Of a stretch of 43,126 bases of DNA, positions 12,074 through 24,936 are shown piece by piece. Each line of letters begins with the position of its first letter. Position 1 is the stretch's first letter. The DNA comes from Conidiobolus incongruus B7586 (taxonomy: Eukaryota), in the NCBI GenBank assembly GCA_000697335.1, contig JNEM01013709.1, positions 1-43,126 of the forward strand, in the 5' to 3' direction. The notes beneath the pieces were generated by a model. That model was not told the DNA's origin. It made no database searches and saw only the letters and a program-made list of their open reading frames with translations. The position numbers and the translations under genes were made by a program.

Positions 12074-14907
12074 TCTGACTAATATTCTTAACTCATCTTT
12101 TCACATCAATGAGTTTTGAGTAAATATTTTATTACATTAATTAATATCATTCATATAATAAAACATCTACAAATATACATATTTAAAATCCATTACTAAT
12201 GTAATAGTATTTTTTAGTATTTATCAAAATTTTCGATCATGTTCAATCGAATTTTAATTTAAAATTGTGGCTATGTTTATCCCGAAAACAAGGTTGAATT
12301 ATACAAGCGGCCAAGTGAATGATATTAGTTATGCTTTGAGAGTTTTTTAATTTAACCTCAAACCGCTTGAAATTTATATTAATTTTTTTTTTCAAATATT
12401 AAATATGATATGTACGTAATAATATGAAAATCTAAAGGTATAAAATGTGATATTCACATATATAGCTTGTTATATTCAAGACAAGTTTTCAAATTTGAAG
12501 TTTTATTTCTGTGTTTTTAAAATATCTGTTTTTAATCGAGTAATTCTTATCTATTGAATTGTATAACCTTGTATACATTTTAGCTCATTACATAAATTTT
12601 TCTTTAATAAATTAATCAGATAAATTCAAAATTTGATTTAATAATATTGAATAAAATTCATCAAGCTTCAAATTATTGAAGTTAAAAATTAATTTATATT
12701 TTGTTGTCTCTCAAATAATAATATTTCAAATATTTAGCTTAATGTTAACACCAGATTACAAAGTTTATAACGTTTCACTCTTACAGCTATAAAACTTAAA
12801 AATTGTGAATTCTTTCTTCAGATTATTGCTGGATAAATATTTGACTAAAATATTGGTTATAATGGTGTTAAATTCTCTGATTAATATATAAAATTTAAGA
12901 TTTTGACGTATTGGCAGTATGAGCAGTAATAGACCAGAATTCATACAATATATAAATGAGAATTATATAATATCAATATTTAAACATATCAAAACTTCAA
13001 AGTATTTCATTAATTAATAATTTAAAAAATAGCTTGAATTTGCTGAAATATTAGTGATAATTATAGTTCAAACTTTTAGGTTCAATTTGGCCTTGTTTGA
13101 AGACTATTGTTATATTTCATCCAAATGTCAAGTAAGAGTTTCAGTACTTTTTCTACTTACTATTGTGACAAAATATATAATTTAATAAAAATTTAAAAAG
13201 ATGAATTATTCTCTCGTACAATTTATATCCTGATAACTCCTTTTTTAACAATATTAAACTTATACCTTTAAAAAATATCATTGTTATCTCTATTATATAT
13301 CTTGTATTCGCATTTATTTGTTTCATCAATTTAATATGACGATGGAATTATGGTTAACATTTGTATGCAGTCCTAAGACATTATGTAATTTTTCGATATT
13401 AAATTGAAATTGTTGGAAAATACATTACAGCATCTATCAGATTTCACAATTTGAATATAAATGAATTTCAATTTTAAAAACGAATATTTGAAATTTTTCA
13501 GTTACATTAATTTTATCAAAATCATCTAAGATAAGTTTAATTATAATTCTAAAATGAAATATTTTAAATATATCCTACTTGCCCAAATTGAATATCAACA
13601 GAAATTAAAATTACGAAAGATACAAATTTCAATTTGATCAACATATCTTTAATAGATATTGAATGAGAAGTGATTGAGATTTTAGAGGATTTGATATTTT
13701 CAATATCAATTCAGGTATTAGTTAAATTTCATTTTGAAATAGAATCTAAGGTCTTAATATTAAAGTATATGAAATATGTGTGTTTGATAACGTCATATCG
13801 TAATATATTTTGATTTTGAAACATCAAATTAACAATTTTTAGACTATTTAATTAATCTGTCAAGCCAATCTTCATATACTATTAAATCTCTTTTTTTGTA
13901 AAGGCTATAGCCAATTATAATCATACCAGATATGTTTTGATAAATATATAAAAGGTAACAATATTTAACCTAGGACAATTTTTATAATAATATTCTTATT
14001 ATACAGATTAATATAATACTTTATCTTAATCTATATAATAAGAATACTTTATCGGCTTTCTATACCATCAATGATTTTTTGAGTTATTAGTGCTTATTCC
14101 ATAAATAAAAAACTTTTGCTCTTATTTCACGTTCCGGAAAACGAATCACATCCTATATCAAAAAATATCTAGTTGGAACTTAAATATATTGAATAATTTA
14201 TATGGTATTACTTGAAAGAATGAATAAGATATTCCTAATTAGGTTATTGACAAATTAATAAATTTATATTCATTCAGACAAAAAATATATAATAATACGC
14301 ATTATGTCAAATTATGATTTGAATTATGATGTTTACAATTATATAAGTCTAAATTGTATTACTTCATCCAATGGGCATTCTACATAAATATCAATAAAAG
14401 TTTGAATAAATGTTATAATTGATTTAACAAATATGAAAGGAATCCATTATTGTGTTAATTAAATAAATATATATCATTATTCTCAATTTTTATTAAATGA
14501 GTAATTAAATTTCATATTCATATAAATTACATAGAGTATAAAAATATCAAAATCTCCTCAAGCAAATAGTTGTTAAAGCTTTTATACATATATAATATGT
14601 ATGAAATTTCATTTCATATTTCATCTAATTTATTATTCGTTCAGAAGATTATATCATTTATTTTAACAATTGGATAATTTCAACTTAATATATTGTAATA
14701 GTTGATATAGAAAATAATATATATTGTTGATACATCTTAAATCTTGTTGAATATAGTTCTTGATGGTATTTAATATGTAATACCCTATCTAGATAAAATC
14801 AGTAAATTTGAATGAATATCAATTTTGATATCATTGTTTAAAAATATAGTAAATTTAATTTAAAATACTATAAGACTTTAATATATCCAAATATTCTAAT
14901 ATGATAA

Positions 14908-16360
14908 TTAAGTTTTATATCCTTTAATAATGTAATCGAAATGTAAAAAATGCCAATTTTTAAACTTGTTCAAATTATTACAGTATTCTTTATTTGGATT
15001 TTTGTCCAAAATCAATTTAAAGCATATCAAATTTTGGAAAAGTTCCAAAGGTGACAAATCAATGAACTCTGGGCTAAACCCTTGCAATCCGAGATATTTT
15101 AAATGGCTTAAATTGGTCAACAAAAGGGGAGATTTTAGAAATTTCTCTAAGTTGCGAATGGTTAATCTCTTGATTCAGTTGATGGCCGTTGAGATTGTCT
15201 TTAGGTAATCAAAATTTTGACCTTTGTAATTTAAAATGAATATAGTCAAATTAGTACACGCTCTACAGAAATTGGAGAGTATAGGAGTGAACTGATCCTT
15301 AAAAGTTTCAATACGAAGAGCTTGGATTGATAATAAATTAGCAAACTGTAACTCTAGATCAATGGGATCTATGTCTCGACTTAATATACTCAATCTATGA
15401 TTATTATTTTAAATTTGAATATGATCAAATATTCGTTCATCAGATTCATCTAAATTTATATTATAAGATTTCAATTGAGGGTTCAAAAGCAGAAATTTTA
15501 GATTAATTTCAATAGGATTGACTTTGGATTGGTCATAGCAGAAATGTACCAATTTGGGGAGAGATTGAGGTGTGAGGTCCAAGGAGTATATATAAGTACC
15601 TCTTGAATCATACTTGAATGTTAATTCCAATTGCTACGAGAGTTATGGTCAAGATTTGACCACATTCTACCCATTCCAAGCACTTCAAGTCTGGTGGGAA
15701 TTCGATTTCATCACTTGCTAAAGCTTGAGTAGAATGTTGAATTTCAATAACTTTGGTCAAAACTAAGGATTCTAAAAACTTTAGTGACTTAAAATTGATG
15801 ATTAGAGGAATTAATAAATCTAATAGGAGCTCCACACGTGATATGTATAAGCGATTTAATTCAATCAATATATTAGTTGCTTCTGATATATGGCGATAAT
15901 TTGCTTCTCGAAAAATGTTCAATGTAGTGGTTTGCGATTTAACTATTTCCAAATCTTCTTTAAGTTGAATGAGGTTATTTTTTGAATCTGACCAGGGAAT
16001 GTTGTTCAAACTCAATTTAGTTGTAACATCGGATATGGTTCTCAAATTTTCGCATTCTTTTGAATTTTCTTCCTTGGTATCAGCTGTATCGAATAAAGTT
16101 TCTTTACCTGCCATATTATCACCTCCACTACCATTATCTCGGCTAAGTTCATCTTTTTTGATTTGATGATATTTTTTCAAATATATAGTTTTAAGAGTTT
16201 CAGATTTCTACTTGTTACGAAGGATTTTAGACGTACTAGTCAATTTTAAAATCTCAATATGTCTGAGATAGGAGCGAAGTTCTTTCATATTTAGCACTAA
16301 TTGCCATTCTTGTGTTGTGGAGTGAATTTCAGAAGTTGATGAATGATTTTGGAATGCCAT
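14908..16360 (-). pseudogene. F-box-like/LRR (RNI-like) family pseudogene
   Basis: The ATG at 16360 gives MAFQNHSSTSEIHSTTQEWQLVLNMKELRSYLRHIEILKLTSTSKILRNK*KSETLKTIYL, homologous to the N-terminus of the 33959 gene (WSFILGLNDLHPYL...LSTLSKFIRNKLKSRIFQTV). It is disrupted by TAG 16208-16210, a frameshift near 15610-15650, TAA 15409-15411 and TGA 15175-15177. The four minus-strand ORF fragments are colinear with the 34237-35310 protein (EFPPDLKCL~QLPKTLKKL, PQSLPKL~PQHFPSL, LLLNPQLKS~LVLNPHIKS). Confidence 0.85.
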
Positions 16361-16742
16361 TTGATTAACTATACTGATTTTAATGCTATTATTTATTAAT
16401 TTTATATATCTTTAAAATACAGAGCTTTGGAGTTGTGATTACAAATCACAATAAATATTCAAAAGAGTTCTGTGATTATCTATTTTTGCATAATTTATAC
16501 CAATATATTAAAATTATCAACAAATTTGAAGAGTAAATACAATCTAAGTACTACACTTCTTGATGTAGTTATTCAAGATGGTCTCATTTTTATTTAATGT
16601 ATTGAACAAAATGATTTGGGAATTTATTAATTCAAAAAGAAAGATATGGCAAATTTTTTAATTTTTAATTTTTCAAACATATTGCTAGCTTTGAAAAATT
16701 AATTATATATGAAATTAATAGGAGAATTAATATTTTGATATT

Positions 16743-16749
<7 letters not shown>

Positions 16750-16775
<26 letters not shown>
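16750..16775. repeat. (TA)n microsatellite inside the 5' region of the outer mariner
   Basis: Uninterrupted atatat run; similar runs at about 24643-24665 and 28515-28536. Confidence 0.8.
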
Positions 16776-16778
<3 letters not shown>

Positions 16779-17127
16779 CATAATTATTTTTGTATTAGTA
16801 TAGAAATTAAGTAATGTCATAAATTTAAAATCAAAATTAAATATATAAATTAATATAAAATATAAAAAATTTATTAAATAGTATAAAATTAATAGCTTCT
16901 TTTATTATTAATAACTCTTTTCTATATTTTTAATAAGCTTCTAATTCTTAAAAAACAATTTTTTTTATTAAAAACTGAAATTTAATATTTTACAAACTAA
17001 TTTAATTTATTTGCAGGAATTTTTTTTCTTATAAGCTAATTTTTTAATTATTTAAAACAATTATAATCATATAAGTTATAATCAAGTAAATATATTAGAT
17101 ATAATAACTCTCTCTAGTTTTTATATA

Positions 17128-20100
17128 CACTAGTTTATAAAAGTAAGTTATAAAATTAAAATTATAAATATTTCTATTAATATCTTAATTAACTCTAATT
17201 TAAATAAACTTATATTAAAATATATAATTAATATATATTTTTTATTTATAATATCATATATAAAGTTAAATTTAATTAATTATTAATTGATATTTTAAAA
17301 CTAAAAGTATATTTAAATTGAGTTATAAATTTGTAGATTTTAGTATTAATAGAAAAATTAATATTTAATATATTTATCTTTTGTGTTTTTAATTTTTTTA
17401 AGTTTATAAGGTATAAAGTCAATTAACTTTTTATATTAAGTAAAACTAATATTATTTTAAGCTTTTTAAATATACTCTTAAAGTTAATTTAAATTTTTTG
17501 TTAGGGGGAGAATTTTAATTAGTTTTTTTAGTTAATTCTAAAGATACTTAATTAAGTTAAAATTAAAAAATTAAGAAGGTTATTTTATAATAGTTATTTT
17601 ATTATTTTCAAGCTATTTATTAATAAAATTTATAATATAATAAAAGGTATTATCTTATTAAAAAATAATGTTTGATTTATTTAACTTATATTATTTAATA
17701 ATTTTTTTTAATTTATTATTTAAAATATTTTAATATATTTTAATATTAATTCCCTTATTAATTTTATAAAGATATTTTACATATAACTTATCATTTTATT
17801 TTTAAGCTATAATAATATAATAGTCATAAAGTAATTCTTTATCTTTTTTAAAATATCTAGCTTTTTTATTAAATCTATTGAAATATATCTTTGTTTCATT
17901 AAATTAAATAACTTTATTTTAGTTAATTTTGTTTTAAGTTTAGTATTAACATTTAAACTCTTATTTAACTTTATAGTAAGGTTTTTTTAATTAAGGGTGT
18001 TTTTTATTAATATATAAATAGTATCTATTCTAATATAAAATATATATAATAGTATTAATACTAATTAATATTCTTATATAATCTTATAATTTTTATTGTA
18101 TGTTTATAATAATTTATATTTACTTATATTAATTAATCCATAAATACACTTTTTATTATATTTATTTATAATTTTAATATACTTAAGTTTTAATTTAAAT
18201 ATTTCTTTAATATTATTTTTAATAATTTTAACTATAATAAATCAACTAATATTAATAATTTTAATAATTTTATAAGTTGATTATTTTTATTATAAAGTTA
18301 ATTAATATATAAGTAAACTTTTTTAAAGAGAGATTTAAAAAATTATAATATTAATTTTAAAATATTAGCTTAATAATTTTATAATATATATAATATACTA
18401 ACCTATAAAAGTAAGTTATAAAATTAAAAATATATATTTTAATTAATAACTAAAACAATTGTATATATTTGATTATTAAAACTATAATATATAATTAAGA
18501 TATATTATTTAATAATAAATAAATATATTTAGATATATTTAATAAACTATTAGCAAAAATATTAACCTTTAATATTTAACTAAAATAAGTTATAAATTTA
18601 TAGGTTTTTGAAATAAAAGAATATATTTAATAATATATAACTATATCTTTTTTCTTTCTTTATTATTATTTTATATAATATTTTACAAATATATTAAATA
18701 TTTTTTATTAGTACTATTATATTTAAATCCCTCTTTAAAAAAATTTATTTATATATTAATCAACTTTATAAAAAAAATAAATCAACTTATAATATTGTTA
18801 AAATTATTAATATTAGCTAGTTCATTATAATTAAAGTTATTAAAAATAATAATAAAAATATATTTAAACTTAAACTTAAATATGTTAAAATTATAAATAA
18901 ACATGATAAAAAATATATCTATAGATTAGTTAATAGAAGTAAATATAATATTATTATAAAAATATAATAGGAATTATAAGACTATATAAGAATATTAATT
19001 AACATTAATATTATTATATATATTTTATATTAGCATAGATATCACTTGTATTTCAAGAAAAAACACCTTTAACTAAAGAAATCCTACTATAAAGTTAGAT
19101 AAGAATTTAAATATTACTATTAATATTAAATTAAAACTAATTAGAATAAGGTTATTTAATTTAATAAAACAAAAATATATCTTAATAAATTTAATAAAAA
19201 AGCTAAATAATTTAAAAAAAAGTTAGAATTTTTTTATGACCATTATATTAATTCTACCTAAAAGTATAATGATAATTTAATTATTGTTTAGGGATATATA
19301 TTTTCTTTAAAAATAAAATATCTTTGTAAAATTAATAGGGGAATTAATATTGAGATGTAATAAAGTATTCTAAACAATAAATTGAAAAGAACTATTGAAT
19401 AATATAAGTTAAATAAATTTAATATTATTTTCTAATATAATAATATTTTTTGTTATATTATAACTTTTATTATTAAATAATAATAATAATAAAATAATAG
19501 TTATAAAATAGCTTTTTTAATATTTTAACTCTAACTTAATAAAATATCTTTAGGATTAGTTAAAAAAAGCTATTAAAGCTTTTTTCTTAATAAAAGATTT
19601 AGATTAGCTTTAGGAATATATTTAAGAAGCATAAAACAAGATTAATCTCTTTTAGTATAAGAAGTTAATTGATTCTATACCCTATAAACTTAAAAAAGTT
19701 AGAAAAGTTAAAGGTAGATATAATAAGTTTTAATTTTTTTATCACCAAAAACCTACAAATTTATATCTTATCTTAAGTAAAATTTAAGGGTTTATATTAT
19801 AACTAATTAATAGCTAAATATTATTATTTAATGATATATATTATTAATAAATATAATAGATTTTAATTACTTAAGTTTATTTTATTAAATATTAATTAAG
19901 TTATTAGTAAAAATATAAGTGTTTTTGATTTTATAACTTATTTGTATAAGTTATTATATAATAAAAGAAAAAAGATATATATAAATTTTATTATGTTTAT
20001 TCTTTTAACTTATAAATCTATAAATTTATAACTCACTTTAGTTAAATTTTAAGCTTTAATATATTAACCAATAATTAATAAAATATAATTAAATATAGTT

Positions 20101-20224
20101 AGTTATAATTAATTAATAAAAGTAAATTATATATTTTAATTTAATTTTTTTAATAAGAATTATTTAAGATATAAGTAAATATATAAGTAATTTTAATTTT
20201 ATCACTTATTTTTATAGGTTAGTA
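17128..20224 (-). mobile_element. Tc1-type transposon copy A (subfamily 2), interrupted by copy B
   Basis: Ends TA|cactagtttataaaagtaagttataaaa and atcacttatttttataggttagta|TA. About 17360-18340 is the reverse complement of the decayed transposase. 19959-20224 matches the corresponding end of copy D (about 24670-24936). Confidence 0.82.
18396..19956 (+). mobile_element. Tc1-type transposon copy B (subfamily 1), nested in copy A
   Basis: Ends TA|tactaacctataaaagtaagttataaaa and gattttataacttatttgtataagttatta|TA. Colinear with copy C and differing mostly by C>T/G>A. Confidence 0.88.
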
Positions 20225-20704
20225 TATATATAAAATCTTTTATAACTTTATTTATTTTATAGTTATTATGCAAAATAATAAGTATCTTTAATTTTTATTA
20301 AGAACATTACTTAAAAATAATTTAATTTAAAAAATTAACATATAATTTATTATTCATCAAATTTCCTTGAAATATTAAATAAGAAAACTATATATCATTA
20401 TAATTTATTATAATAATTAACATTTGCTTATATTTAGAGTATTTATTTATTAAAATTTATAAAGGGGATTAATTTAACTTAACACCTTATTTCATTTTTA
20501 AGTAAAAAATTATATAAAAGAATTTAAGATTCATAAATTATAATAATATATTGTAAAAACTTTTGTTCTTAATTATACTATAATAAGTTTAGTTAGCTAT
20601 AACTATTTTAATTTTTTTTAAGCTTTTATTATATTATAAGATATTTTTTTTTATATTTTTATAAATTAATAAATTTAAACTTAAGTATATATAATATACT
20701 TATA

Positions 20705-22272
20705 TACTAACCCACAAAAGTGAGTTATAAAATCAAAAATATATATATTTTAATTAATAACTAAAACAATTGTATATATTAGATTACTTAAAACTATAAT
20801 ATATAATTAAGGTATATTATTTAATAATAGATAAATATATTTAGATATATTTAATAAACTATTAGCAAAAATATTAACCCTTAATATTTAACCAAGGTGA
20901 GTTATAAATTTGCAGGTTTTTGAGATAAGGGGATATATTTAACAATATATAACCATATCTTTTTTCTCTCTTTGCTATTATTTTATATAATATTTTATAG
21001 ATATACTAAATTCTTTTTATTAGTATCATTATGCCTAAATCCCTCTCTAAAAAAATCCACTTATGCATTAATCAACTTTATAAAGAAGGTAAATCAACTC
21101 ATAATATTGCTAGAATTACTAGTGTTAGCTAGTTTACTATAGCTAAAGCTGTTAAGAATAGCAATAAAGAAACATTTAAACTTAAACTTAAGTGTGCTAG
21201 GATCATAGATAAACATGATGAGAAGTATATCTGTAGGTTGGTTAATACAGGCAAGTGTGGTACTGCTGTAGAAATACAGCAGGAACTATAAGACTATACA
21301 GGAATATTAGTTAGCACTGATACTATTATATGTGTTTTACATTAGCATGGATACCACTCACACCTCAAGAAAAAACACCCCCAACTAAAGAAATCCCATT
21401 GTAAAGTTAGGTGGGAGTTTAAATGTCACCACTAATGTTGAACCAAAACTAATTGGAGTAAGGTTATTTAGTCTGATGAAACAAAAATATACCTTAGTGG
21501 ATTTGATAGAAAAGCTAGATACTTTAGAAAAGATACAGAATTACTTTGTGACCATCATGTTAATTTTACCCAAAAGTATAGTGGTGGGTCAATTATTGTT
21601 TGGGGATGTATGTTGTCTTTAGGTGTAGGGTATCTTTATAAAGTTAATAGGGGAATTAATGCTGAGATGTACCAAAGTATTCTAAACAATAAATTGAAAA
21701 AAACCATTGAATAATATAGGTTAAACAAATCTGATGTTATTTTCCAGCAAGATAATACCTTTTGTTATACTACAGCTTCTACTACCAAATGGCTTAAAAA
21801 TAACAAGATAACAGTTATGAAGTAGCCTCTTCAATTTCCTAACTTTAATCTAATTGAACACCTTTGGGATCAGTTAAAAAAAGCTATTAAAGTTTTCCCC
21901 CAGCAAAAAATTTAGATCAACTTTAAAAATATATTCAAGAAGCATGGAACAAGATTAACCTTTCCTAGTGTAAGAAGTTAGTTGATTCTATACCCCACAA
22001 ACTTAAAGAAGTTAGAAAAGCTAAAGGTGGATACACTAGGTTTTAATTTTTTTTTATCACCAAAAACCTGCAAATTTATGACTCACCTTAGGTAAAATTT
22101 AAAGGTTTATATTTTAGCCAATTAATAGCTAAATATCATCATTTAATGATATATATAACTAATAAATATAATAGATTTTAATTATTTTAAGTTTATTTCA
22201 TTAAATATTAATCAAGCTATTAATAAAAATATAGGTGTTTTTGATTTTATGACTCACTTTTGTGGGTCAGTG
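20705..22272 (+). mobile_element. Tc1-type transposon copy C (1568 bp, least decayed), IR/DR-type ends, TA target duplication
   Basis: TA|tactaacccacaaaagtgagttataaaatcaaaaa ... tttttgattttatgactcacttttgtgggtcagtg|TA. Inner repeats ggtgagttataaatttgcaggtttttg (about 20896-20922) and caaaaacctgcaaatttatgactcacc (about 22061-22087). Confidence 0.95.
21031..22046 (+). pseudogene. Tc1-family DD34E transposase relic
   Basis: Manual translation: MPKSLSKKIH...WSKVI*SDETK...SGGSIIVWGCM...VIFQQDNTFCY...K*PLQFPNFNLIEHLWDQLK...AKGGYTRF*. There are 34 residues between the second D and the E. Many stops come from TGG/CAG/CAA codons, with one late frameshift. Confidence 0.93.
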
Positions 22273-22717
22273 TATAATTAATATTGAATTATTTTAATAA
22301 TTTTTTAGTTAAAATAAAGAGGTATTTTTTAATATATTTTTTTACTCTATTAATAACTAAAAAAAATAATAAAAATTAATCTTTTAAATTTTAAAAAATT
22401 TTAAATAGTGTCCTTTCTAGTTTTAAAATCACAAATTCAGCAATATATGTTAATTTTAGATAAAACACCATCTTCATAAGTTATTTGCAATTTTAGATGA
22501 TTTTAAAGGATTTATAGTTATATTTTAAAGATATAGAAATATAAGCTTTTTGATAATCACTATTTAGTATAAGTATAATTAAATTTAAATATAAATTTTA
22601 AAATCAAAATATTTTAATAAAAAAATAATTAAAATTAAAAATATATATAATTTGAAAATTTTTATTTTCCTATATATTATATATATATAAATCATTTTTT
22701 AAAATATATAATATATC

Positions 22718-22951
22718 TGTTGGGTTTTCTTTCTTATGTGTGATCAGAAATTATAATTAAAATGGTAAAAGAAAAAGGGAAGTCTATCCTTTATTCTATG
22801 CTTAATTTGATAAAAAAGACCATCTTCCTCCCCTGTTTTTTTATCAATAAAGGTGAAATCAAATAATGACAGATAACTTAGTGATTGTGGGATCAGTTGA
22901 GATTGTTTGATTTGATGATAATAATGTAAGTGGTTGGTAATATTGCCAATA
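22718..22951. mobile_element. Solo LTR (234 bp, copia-like termini) with 5-bp target duplication ATATC
   Basis: ATATC|TGTTGG ... CCAATA|ATATC (duplications at 22713-22717 and 22952-22956). CCAATA is a C>T version of CCAACA. The segment is absent at the homologous position of the uninterrupted mariner (about 28125-28140). Confidence 0.8.
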
Positions 22952-23336
22952 ATATCTGAGAGATTAAAAATTGAAAATTTGTTATTTTTTAATTTTCATA
23001 TTAATATTAAAATTTTTTATTTAAAATCTAAGTTTTAATTTGATTATATTATGTTAAATAATAATTTTCTATAATCTTATATTTTAGGAATATTAAACCT
23101 TAAATATATATCCTTTATAAAGATTTAATATTTGCAACCAGCTTGAAAAGATATTATTTTATCAAAAACTATCATTTATTAATAAAATTATTATTTACAT
23201 CTAAAAAGAATATTATTCAAATTTATTTAATTAAAAAATTAATATTTATTCTTATATATATTAAGTAAAGATCCTTTTAATTTAGCTAAAGAGTGATTTA
23301 ACTAATTTAATATATATATCTTATAAAAATATTATA

Positions 23337-24936
23337 TACTAACCTATAATGATGAATTATAAAACTATAATTATATATATTATTATCAATAACTCTGTTA
23401 ATTCTTAATCAAATTAATTTAAATTAAAACATATAATAAACTTATATTATTTATTTATAATTAAGTATATTTAATCTAATTATATTAACTTCTAGTTGAT
23501 ATATTAAAATTTAAATCTTATCTAAAATAAGTTATAAATTTGTATATTTTAGTTATAAAAAGAAAATTAAAACTTAGTATATCTACCTTTTACTTTCTTA
23601 ACTTCCTTAAGTTTATAAGGTATAGAATCTATTAACTTCTTATATTAAAAAAGATTAATTTTGTTTTAAGCTTCTTGAATATATTTCCAAAGCTTATTTA
23701 AATTTTTTACTGATGGAAAAGTTTTAATTACTTTTTTTAACTAATCCTAAAGGTGTTTAATTAGATTAAGGTTAGAAGATTAAAGAAGCTACTTTATAAC
23801 TAATATTTTATTATTTTCAAACCATTTGGTAATAGAAATAATAATATAACAAGGGGTATTATCTTGTTGGAAAATAACATCTGATTTATTTAATCTATAC
23901 TATTCAATAGTTTTTTTAATTCATTATATAAAATATTTTAATATATCTTAATGTTAATTCCCCCATCAATTTTACAAAGATACCTTATACTAAAAGATAA
24001 TATATATCCCTAAATTATAATTAACCCATTATTATATTTTTGGGTTGAAATAACATAATGTTTATAAAATAGTTCTTTGTTTTTTTGAAATATCTAGCTT
24101 TTTTATCAAATTTATTAAAATATATTTTTGTTTCATTAGATTAAATAACCTTATTTTAATTAGTTTTAATTCAACTTTAATGATGATATTTAAACTCCTA
24201 CCTAACTTTATAGTAAGACTTCTTTAGTTAAAGGTGTTTTTTTTTAAAGTGCAAGTGATATCTATTATAATATAAAGTATATATAATAGTATTAGTATTA
24301 ATTAATATCTCTATATAGTTTTATAATTCTTTTTATATTTTTATAATAGTATTACATTTACTTGTACTAACTAACCTATAAATATACTTTTCATCATATT
24401 TATTTATAATCCTAATATACTTAAGTTTAAGTTTAAATATATCTTTACTATAATTTTTAATAGCTTTAGCTATAATAAACTAACTAGCAATAGTAATTCC
24501 AGCAATCTTATAAGTTGATTTACCTTTATTATAGAGTTGATTAATACATAAGTGAATCTTTTTAGAGAGGGATTTAAGCATTTTAATATTAATATTATTT
24601 AAAATAATAATTTACAATAATAATTTATAATAGTAATATTAGTATATATATATATATATATATAATTTAATAAAAGAAAAAAATATTTAAGTAATTTTTG
24701 TTTTATATACCCTTTTAATTCTTAAACCTGCAAATTTATAACTCACCTTATTTAGAATTTGAAATTTAATATATTAACCATTAATATATTAAATATAATT
24801 AAATATAACCTATTATAATCAGGTAATATACTTTAATTATATATTTTAATTTAAATTAATTTAGTTAAGAATTATTTAAGTTACAGGTAAATATAAAAGT
24901 GATTTTTATTTTATGACTCATTTTTGCAAGCTAGTG
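23337..24936 (-). mobile_element. Tc1-type transposon copy D (subfamily 2), inserted in the outer mariner
   Basis: TA|tactaacctataatgatgaattataaaa ... ttttatgactcatttttgcaagctagtg|TA. Reverse complement of copy E. The minus strand retains VIFQQDNTPC (ggggtattatcttgttggaaaataac, about 23853-23878). Confidence 0.9.

Larger units (their letters stand above)
16795..23004 (-). mobile_element. Mariner-type element split by two Tc1 insertions and a solo LTR
   Basis: Pieces 16795-17127, 20225-20704, 22273-22717 and 22952-23004 join into a colinear copy of 26866-28184. Ends are TA|ttagtatagaaattaagtaatg and gttattttttaattttcatattaa|TA. Confidence 0.88.

Noticed and set aside
14966..16166. Plus-strand ORFs 14966..15208 and 15969..16166
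   Set aside because: Antisense to the LRR pseudogene; no motifs of their own.
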